A DNA stretch of 11,238 nucleotides, from contig JBCCEA010000064.1 in the NCBI GenBank assembly GCA_039030515.1, forward strand, positions 1 to 11,238, in the 5' to 3' direction. Shown piece by piece: positions 6,101 to 11,238 of the stretch. Within the stretch, counting starts at the first letter, position 1; every line of letters begins with the position of its first letter. The position numbers were made by a program, and so were the translations under genes. Source of the DNA: Myxococcota bacterium (GTDB taxonomy: Bacteria > Myxococcota_A > Polyangia > Polyangiales > Houyiibacteriaceae). Below the pieces are notes generated by a model that saw nothing but the letters and a program-made list of their open reading frames with translations, was not told where the DNA came from and did not search any database.

Positions 6101-9100
6101 CGTTTCGGTCTCCCGCTTGATCCGCCAGACGCTCGGCGAGATCGATCGCGTTTGGGCAGCAACGATCTGCAGCCTCGATCGCTAGCGCACTCGCATTTGA
6201 GACGTCGCCAAGGGCGCCAAGGGCAGCAATGGCAGCAAGCAACGCGGTGTCTTCAACTGGAGTAAGGCTCGGGCACGCAAGGGCGGCCTTGATGGTCGCG
6301 TGCAGCGCATCGATCTCTCCGTGTTCGGTCTGAAGCTCAAGATGTGCTTTCTGGGCGTTGGGATCGAGGGGCGTAAGGTCGAGCCATCGGTCGATGAGTG
6401 CTCCTCGCGTCTGAAGATCTCGATCGGCTGTCGCGGCCTCGATGGATACGCGTATCAGTGGCGCCGAATCCCCGACGACGTTCCGGGCAGCTTTGAGGAT
6501 CCGAAGGGCGCGTTTGGGACGGGTGCGTCCGATATGTTTGAGCAGTACCGGTAGCGCATCGGCGCTGGTTGGGTCGGCCTGCACCGCTGCGACGGCTCGC
6601 CTCATCGAGGCTTCTATGCTGCCGGACCTATGCTCCATGCGCGACAATCGGCAGAGCGCCCGGGCTTTTTCTCGCGGGTTGGCTGCGGTTTGAACGGAGA
6701 GCTCCAACGCCTTTCGTCCCGCTTCGATATCGCCCAAGCGTTCCGCGACTCGCGACATGCGGAGGATCGCTTCTTCATGCCGAGAGTCGAGGGAAAGCAG
6801 CAGCTGTCCCACATGAAGCGTAAGCGCATCGTCTCGAATCAGTCCCGCCATTCCGAGCAACCAAGAAAGTTGTCTGACGCGCTCGGTCAGCCGCTCGCTC
6901 GAAGATTCACCGTTCTGCTTCAGGTGGACGGCAAGCCCGCGCTCATCGGCCGCAACTCGTAAGAGGTGTTCTAGAGAAGACGCTGCGGTCACATCGTCTG
7001 GATCGTACGCGAGGGTTTCCCGATACAGAGCGATCGCTTGCCCCCGGCGGTTGGGGTCGTCGCGGAGCATCGATGCGAGACGCCTCACGTGCTCGGGTCG
7101 ATCGGCTTCGAGCGCCTGGCGTAGATCCTCATGTGCAAGTTCGATAAGCCCGTCTTTTACCTTCACACGACGACGAAGCCGCGCGACCTGATCCTTTCGT
7201 TTCGTGTCGCTGGGATCCATCTGGGCTAGGCGTTCCCAGGCCCAAAGTGCGCGATGCGTCGACCTCAGCTCATGTTCTGCAACCCAGCTGAGCTCGACCA
7301 GCAGCGGTTCGACCGCTTCGGGGATTGTCTCCAGGTTCAATCGAATGACTCGCTCAAAAGCATCTGCCAGCACGAGGGGGTCTCGCTGCTTCTGGGCGTG
7401 TTCTTGCAGAGCTTCCCGTGGCCGTGGCGCTCCTGGATCCGAGCAGAGTGCGCGCACAAAAAGCTCGATGGCCCAACGTGGATCCTGTCCTCGGGTCAGG
7501 TGTGCATCTGCAGCTCGGGTGAGCCAGTAGCCGCGCTGATCGGACGAGCACTCTGCAGCGATCTCCTCGAGCATCAAGGCATGAGCGACGGGATTTCCGG
7601 CGTCTTCAAAATCTGAGGACAGCGGCTCGTACAGCACATCGAGATGGGGCTCTGCATCAAAGGCTCCACGGAGGATTTCCGAGGCGAGATCGGGTCTGGA
7701 CCCAGCCTCCGCGAGTTGTGCCGCTTCCAGGGAGCGTATTCGTCGGGTATCCGCGTCGGAAGCTTCGTCTGCACCCTCTCGGAGAAGAGCTGCCGCTCCG
7801 GCGATGAACCCTTGCTCATACAGAACTTGCGCGTACTCGCGCAGCGCGTCGTCGTCCGGCGCTGCAAGTACCGCTTCCGCAAGCAGGGAGCGGCGCCGAT
7901 CGAGGCTCTGAGCACTCGCCGCCGCTCGGCGAGCGTAGTGCGCTGCCAGCGAGCCGGCTGAAAGGTTGAGGAACGCTCGTGCAAACAGTTCATAGAGTTC
8001 GGATCGGTCCGAGGTCTCGTCGATGAGCTCTACGGAATCCGCGACGATGGTGTTAAGCCATTCAAGGTCAGCCGCCCGAACTGCCCAGTTCACGACCTGT
8101 GGCACGAGCTCGAGATAGGATTTTCGGGGTAGTTTGAACGCGGGGAGCGCAGCGTACGCTCGCGCCACATCGAGCTGGCCCAGCGCTGATGCCGCCTTCG
8201 CGGCCTCGCGGAGTATGAGACCGTTGTTCCGGTCGGCGCTAGCTGCTTCCCTTAAGGCCCTTGTCGCTTCGAAGGGAGCATCATAACGCGTCGCCCACAC
8301 CACGGAGAGGTCTCGCCACGCGTTTGAAAGATCGGAGCCAAACCGACCGTGTTCCTCTAGGGTTTTGATTCGCCGTTCAAGAGGCGCCAACGGGTCGGCA
8401 AGAGGTGCGGTTGCAGGTGGAAGCTGTCTCAGTTGAATATCGAGATGGTGCCCCCTAGTCTCAAAGGCTTCCCCTGGCGCCAGATTGACGCGAGGTTGAT
8501 GCTCTGACGTCTCTCGGGCTTCCTCTTCATTCGCGTGAACGGTGCTTGAAGTCGTCAGGCGTACGAGTCCCGCCCTCATCAAAGCGGCGACCCGGGAAGC
8601 TCCTGCTGGCACTTTCGGTAGGAGCTTAGCGAGAGGCATCGTCGTCGCGTTGCTGTCGAATTCACTCCACTTTTTTGCGAGTTTGCTGTGGGTTGAATCC
8701 TCCCACACCAGATGGTGATCGGCGCGTTGACCCACCAGCTCGGCGTCTCCTCGGGCGGCGCGACGGGTCAGTGCGCTCAGCACCAAAGGCACGAGGTCCT
8801 CCAGGGGATATTCGGGCATAGAAACCGATTGCGGCACAAAAGGCTCCGTTGTCCCCTGCTCGGCTGTTTCTAGCCCGTGTACCAAGCGCTCGAGCCAAAG
8901 TGCGCGCCGCGATTCGCGGAGCTGATCTTCTCGTATCTTTTTTGACTTCGTCAGCCATTGGCTCAGCGTCAGTCCGGAACGTTGCGACTCCGATACGGCT
9001 CCATCTGCCTGGCTTGCGGTGAGTCGACCGGCCCGAACCAAAAAAGAGATGAGTGAGCCATCGGATTCGGTGCCTGCGACGTCCGCGATCTGTCCTTCGA

Positions 9101-9209
9101 GAATCGAGAGTCGTCGACCTCCAATATCGATCACTCCGGTCGCCGCGCGATCGGCGAGCGACAGGAGCATGCGAGCGATGGGGTTAGGGACGACGGCAGG
9201 CGACGCCAT
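3168..9209 (-). CDS. Large (2013 aa) TPR/alpha-solenoid repeat protein of myxobacterial type, with an N-terminal DUF4388-like domain and a C-terminal M48-like domain lacking HExxH
   Basis: Uninterrupted 6-kb ORF, Ala/Leu/Glu/Arg-rich. Many TPR-like units (AIELFVRALCSDPGAPRPREAL; ALWAWERLAQMDPSD; AIALYRETLAYDPDDVTAASSLEHLL; ALASFKASFETDPSSGAVLHGLERLA). Disordered Pro/Ser linker at about 4285-4690. No signal peptide or obvious TM helix. The architecture resembles AgmK-like giant TPR proteins, but orthology cannot be claimed. Confidence 0.85.
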   Translation of the reverse strand: MASPAVVPNPIARMLLSLADRAATGVIDIGGRRLSILEGQIADVAGTESDGSLISFLVRAGRLTASQADGAVSESQRSGLTLSQWLTKSKKIREDQLRESRRALWLERLVHGLETAEQGTTEPFVPQSVSMPEYPLEDLVPLVLSALTRRAARGDAELVGQRADHHLVWEDSTHSKLAKKWSEFDSNATTMPLAKLLPKVPAGASRVAALMRAGLVRLTTSSTVHANEEEARETSEHQPRVNLAPGEAFETRGHHLDIQLRQLPPATAPLADPLAPLERRIKTLEEHGRFGSDLSNAWRDLSVVWATRYDAPFEATRALREAASADRNNGLILREAAKAASALGQLDVARAYAALPAFKLPRKSYLELVPQVVNWAVRAADLEWLNTIVADSVELIDETSDRSELYELFARAFLNLSAGSLAAHYARRAAASAQSLDRRRSLLAEAVLAAPDDDALREYAQVLYEQGFIAGAAALLREGADEASDADTRRIRSLEAAQLAEAGSRPDLASEILRGAFDAEPHLDVLYEPLSSDFEDAGNPVAHALMLEEIAAECSSDQRGYWLTRAADAHLTRGQDPRWAIELFVRALCSDPGAPRPREALQEHAQKQRDPLVLADAFERVIRLNLETIPEAVEPLLVELSWVAEHELRSTHRALWAWERLAQMDPSDTKRKDQVARLRRRVKVKDGLIELAHEDLRQALEADRPEHVRRLASMLRDDPNRRGQAIALYRETLAYDPDDVTAASSLEHLLRVAADERGLAVHLKQNGESSSERLTERVRQLSWLLGMAGLIRDDALTLHVGQLLLSLDSRHEEAILRMSRVAERLGDIEAGRKALELSVQTAANPREKARALCRLSRMEHRSGSIEASMRRAVAAVQADPTSADALPVLLKHIGRTRPKRALRILKAARNVVGDSAPLIRVSIEAATADRDLQTRGALIDRWLDLTPLDPNAQKAHLELQTEHGEIDALHATIKAALACPSLTPVEDTALLAAIAALGALGDVSNASALAIEAADRCCPNAIDLAERLADQAGDRNARRAAFERRIAWSTERNRPKLLQELAVFYRSNGDPAAEVRSLLRALACTPRDRETLARLTELYASAGEGERLMAVLALRQSLMETEEEQEDILLLMADAAAHHLADVDRAASYIHELVELGPTTRQAQRAAGALIALDRGEEAIATLLHRAVSIDTSEREELCLQAVAIAEADLADPVLALNTAIEGLTYASHSGRLLLDFERLALSTDNVALALETYEQLLEQAAGTHGRRALLYRQARWLERANHLRPALASFKASFETDPSSGAVLHGLERLAKQLGDWEALLSAYTRLAKSTNQVDLRLQRVYKAADIADTALEQPDRAFGLLNEAWRTTGKNEVVGHLRKTALRICERNPDTGIDALNQIVTRLEHEAEANWHADYKLSCLSQVAAIQAEDLGDFEQASKTIEQATEVEGASNLALAELKVQLSGWLHQVRFYDASIAALVDALHRAPEHEHAPQWGERLERLQQERQPLAGAPHDAWNTAKPGAATSDSLDSSQPEPSRAEQPHAVRQEPFQTSKSDAPPLLGQEGEALSQVEESPSGHGKTEMEALYAQGTDPAHVETTKTRRQWWSPSSMPPKKADHSSQNPAPTTQRLASIPLVRGTPSELEKRAVEEPLREASRAGDLDASIQLAMQLWSRPSDRPEAVEMVRQVVRADPSRCSAAKMLYQSAKEMRIEPLAQVTASLISVFDTRIATPSASGSLAKHLESPLKLAIGRPSPLFDALALVWRHAHALFRRSLPECGLSEEERMTEEGDQELSSAYAMAVRHFDLGDIGFFTPKSEQAAFQVLPTYPASLAADPQLSTQGSEIQLRFRITRALMCARPEFVLLHAYAPHRSRVILDSLKVAFGPHDAAPFPESQASTDLIGELWQTIPPTVQNDLRALLGEPEWTLDYLKLRMESEKIASRAGFICCGDVQQSLLALGQDATELSGIDIRTDDGFVEACHRSPSMRSVISLALSDECLEAKELLERGR

Positions 9210-9251
9210 TGATCGCCGACGTTACCAGGAAAATCATCGTTATGGATCGCT

Positions 9252-11063
9252 TCATCGAATCGTAAGCGCGAACGGGGACGTGGCGAGCACCTGCTCACGA
9301 TACAAAAGCAGAGGTGTGAGCGCGGCTGGTGGCGACACTCCTGCGCGGCGGGCGAGGACGAGCAGCTGTTGTAACCGGGCCTCTTCGGCGGGACCGCCCC
9401 CAAGCAACTCGCCCAGAGATTCAAGCGGATTGCGCTCCTGCGGCCAGACTTCGATCGGCGCGGCGTCCGGGAGTTGTCCGAGGGTGCGCGCCCGGACGAG
9501 GGCGTCTCGCAGAGATCCTCGATGGTCGACGAGCTTGTGGTCGCGGGCGGTGCGTCCGCTGAATATCCTTCCCGATGCGGCGGCTTCTACCTCCTCAGGC
9601 GAGAGGTTTCGTCCAAGTCCAACGATCTTGGTGAACCTCCGATAGGTGGTTTGGAGCATCCGCTGCATGGCTTGGCGCTCCGAGTCGGTAAAGGCCTGAA
9701 ACGGAGTCAACCAGGCAGAGCGCTCACCGGTTCGAAGAATCACGGGAGACACGCCCACCTTGGAGGCAAGTTCGGATAGGTGGATCTTGCCTCCTACCAC
9801 TCCGATCGATCCGATCACGCTTTCGTCGTGGGCAAAGATTTCGGTCGCGGCGCTTGCAACGTAGTATCCGCCGCTAGCGGCCATCCCTCCTACGCTGACC
9901 ACTACCGGCTTTTTCGCCGCGGCTGCACGGACCGCATGCCACATTCGGTCGCTCGCCATGGCGCTTCCGCCGGGTGAATCGATCCGAAGGACGATCGCGC
10001 GTATCTCGCTGTCGTCTCTCAGACGTCTCAAAGCTCGGCTAAACGGACCAGAAACGCCGCTTTTTCCGCTGCTGACTTCCCCATCGGTGATGTTTCCGGC
10101 GAGATGCACGAGGGCAAGGCGAGGTCCGGCGACCGTAGCCCGATTTGATTCGCCTGAGATCGCAGCCAGAAGCTCCCGAAACCCCAACTGAGGTGACTTG
10201 TTTCGAAGTCGAAGTCGCTTGAGGGGAACGTTGCCCGATTGGATACGAAGCTTCGTGCGCGCTTCGTCGAGAAATGCGACGTCGTCGATAAGCCCTGCGT
10301 TCCGGGCCGCGTCAGGGGTAAACGGCCCCTGGTCCAGTAGCTCGCCGGCATCTTCGATCGCTTCCCGCTTGGCAAGGGACGCTTCGAGGCTTGCGCGAAA
10401 ATCGCTTAGGATACCCGTGAGCGATTCACGCGTTTCTTTCGGCATCGAATCCCGCGTGAGCGGTTTTGCCGCGTCTTTGTACTTGCCGACCTGCATCAGA
10501 TCCGCGGTGATGCCCACCCGATCCAGCAGACTTTTCGCGTACACGACTTGAGCGGCGGGTCCGACTAGATTGAGCAGGCCCGCCGGAGCCATGCTGATGT
10601 GATCGCATCGCTCGGCGAGCAGGCTGTAGCCGGCGTTGTCGGTCGACTCGAAGTGGCAATGAACTGTTTTTCCGCGCTCCGACGCTGGGAGAAGCACACT
10701 TGATAAATCTTGGGCAATCCCGAACGCCCCTTCGAAGGGACCCACCACGAGGAGCACCCCCAAAACGGTCTCCGACTCGAGCGCGGTCTCGATACGGTTC
10801 ACTACATCGAAGAGCAGCGGTCTGTTCTGGCCAAGCGGGCTGGATTCAGGGGCCTCTGCAGGGGCCTCATCGAGTCTGATCTCGACCACGCGAGGGCTCT
10901 GGTCTTCATCTTCGACGTCATCTCCGCCGCTGCATCCGCCGAAGAGCCACCATGAGGTGAGTAGGGCTAGGGCGCTGTAGGTTTTGGAAGTTAGAAAGTA
11001 CATCGAAGCCTGGTGGTCAAGGATCGGTTGCTTGGTCATGCGGGCCGTGAATTTGGGCATCAT
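9252..11063 (-). CDS. sppA: Signal peptide peptidase SppA (protease IV), 67K two-domain type, peptidase family S49
   Basis: Two S49 domains. N-domain has QVGKYKDA (general-base Lys196). C-domain has LRIDSPGGSAMASD, VVVSVGGMAASGGYYVAS (nucleophile Ser397), IGSIGV and GRIFSG..A...LVD. The start may be ATG 11063/11060 (coupled to the upstream stop), 11039 or 11003. Confidence 0.95.
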   Translation of the reverse strand: MMPKFTARMTKQPILDHQASMYFLTSKTYSALALLTSWWLFGGCSGGDDVEDEDQSPRVVEIRLDEAPAEAPESSPLGQNRPLLFDVVNRIETALESETVLGVLLVVGPFEGAFGIAQDLSSVLLPASERGKTVHCHFESTDNAGYSLLAERCDHISMAPAGLLNLVGPAAQVVYAKSLLDRVGITADLMQVGKYKDAAKPLTRDSMPKETRESLTGILSDFRASLEASLAKREAIEDAGELLDQGPFTPDAARNAGLIDDVAFLDEARTKLRIQSGNVPLKRLRLRNKSPQLGFRELLAAISGESNRATVAGPRLALVHLAGNITDGEVSSGKSGVSGPFSRALRRLRDDSEIRAIVLRIDSPGGSAMASDRMWHAVRAAAAKKPVVVSVGGMAASGGYYVASAATEIFAHDESVIGSIGVVGGKIHLSELASKVGVSPVILRTGERSAWLTPFQAFTDSERQAMQRMLQTTYRRFTKIVGLGRNLSPEEVEAAASGRIFSGRTARDHKLVDHRGSLRDALVRARTLGQLPDAAPIEVWPQERNPLESLGELLGGGPAEEARLQQLLVLARRAGVSPPAALTPLLLYREQVLATSPFALTIR

Positions 11064-11236
11064 CGAGGTATGTCAGAAGTCGGTTGGGTAGACGGGCCAC
11101 GCCTGTCGGTTGCATCGCTTGGGGAGCGATCGGAGTTGTCCGCTTTGCCCTCCGGCGCTGCCGGGTTGGGTGTGCTGCTCGACGTGGCTGGGTTGCTCGA
11201 CGTGGCTGGGTTGCTCGACGTGGCTGGGTTGCTCGA
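11060..11236 (-). CDS. Probable 3' end of an upstream gene (low-complexity S/T/P-rich tail); truncated by the window edge
   Basis: The minus-strand frame from 11236 reads (SSNPAT)x3 SSSTPNPAAPEGKADNSDRSPSDATDRRGPSTQPTSDIPR*. Its TGA (11062-11060) overlaps the sppA ATGATG, the usual translational-coupling geometry. Frame choice is inferred, since all three minus frames are open through the repeat. Confidence 0.5.
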   Translation of the reverse strand, partial: SSNPATSSNPATSSNPATSSSTPNPAAPEGKADNSDRSPSDATDRRGPSTQPTSDIPR

Positions 11237-11238
11237 CG
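11176..11238. repeat. Perfect 18-bp tandem repeat, >=3.5 copies (TGCTCGACGTGGCTGGGT), running off the window end
   Basis: Units at 11176-11193, 11194-11211, 11212-11229 and a partial copy at 11230-11238. The unit length is a multiple of 3. Confidence 0.95.

Noticed and set aside
3168..9209. Naming the large protein agmK or another gliding-motility gene
   Set aside because: The architecture is only generically similar, and orthology cannot be established without a search.
3339..10955. Numerous 60-210 aa alternative-frame and antisense ORFs, e.g. 9019-9645 (+)
   Set aside because: They are shadow ORFs overlapping well-supported long genes in GC-rich DNA, with no recognisable motifs.
11114..11130. 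Hairpin ATCGCT-TGGGG-AGCGAT upstream of sppA
   Set aside because: It is only a 6-bp stem with no U-tract and lies inside probable coding sequence.

Overview
This window looks like a chromosomal cell-envelope region from a myxobacterium-like organism (phylum Myxococcota). That assignment is inferred from protein types, and GC is roughly 60% by eye. There are five well-supported genes: a 5'-truncated atypical extended-SDR epimerase/dehydratase (+), a lipoprotein made of 12 four-Cys repeats (-), a divergent DUF481/YdiY-type outer-membrane beta-barrel (+), a 2013-aa helical-repeat (TPR-like) protein (-), and a 67K-type signal peptide peptidase SppA with a lipoprotein-like N-terminus (-). The 3' tail of a sixth gene probably overlaps the sppA start codon. 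The Cys-rich gene has a good sigma-54 promoter and upstream enhancer-like repeats. Two perfect tandem repeats are present: 26 bp x 3.85 starting exactly at the DUF481 stop codon, and 18 bp x >=3.5 running off the window end. I see no rRNA, tRNA, CRISPR array, transposase, integrase or defence gene. The best candidates for undescribed biology are the sppA / giant-TPR operon (the TPR protein has a pseudo-M48-like C-terminus) and the sigma-54-driven Cys-repeat lipoprotein paired with the barrel. Both are hypotheses, not demonstrated systems.
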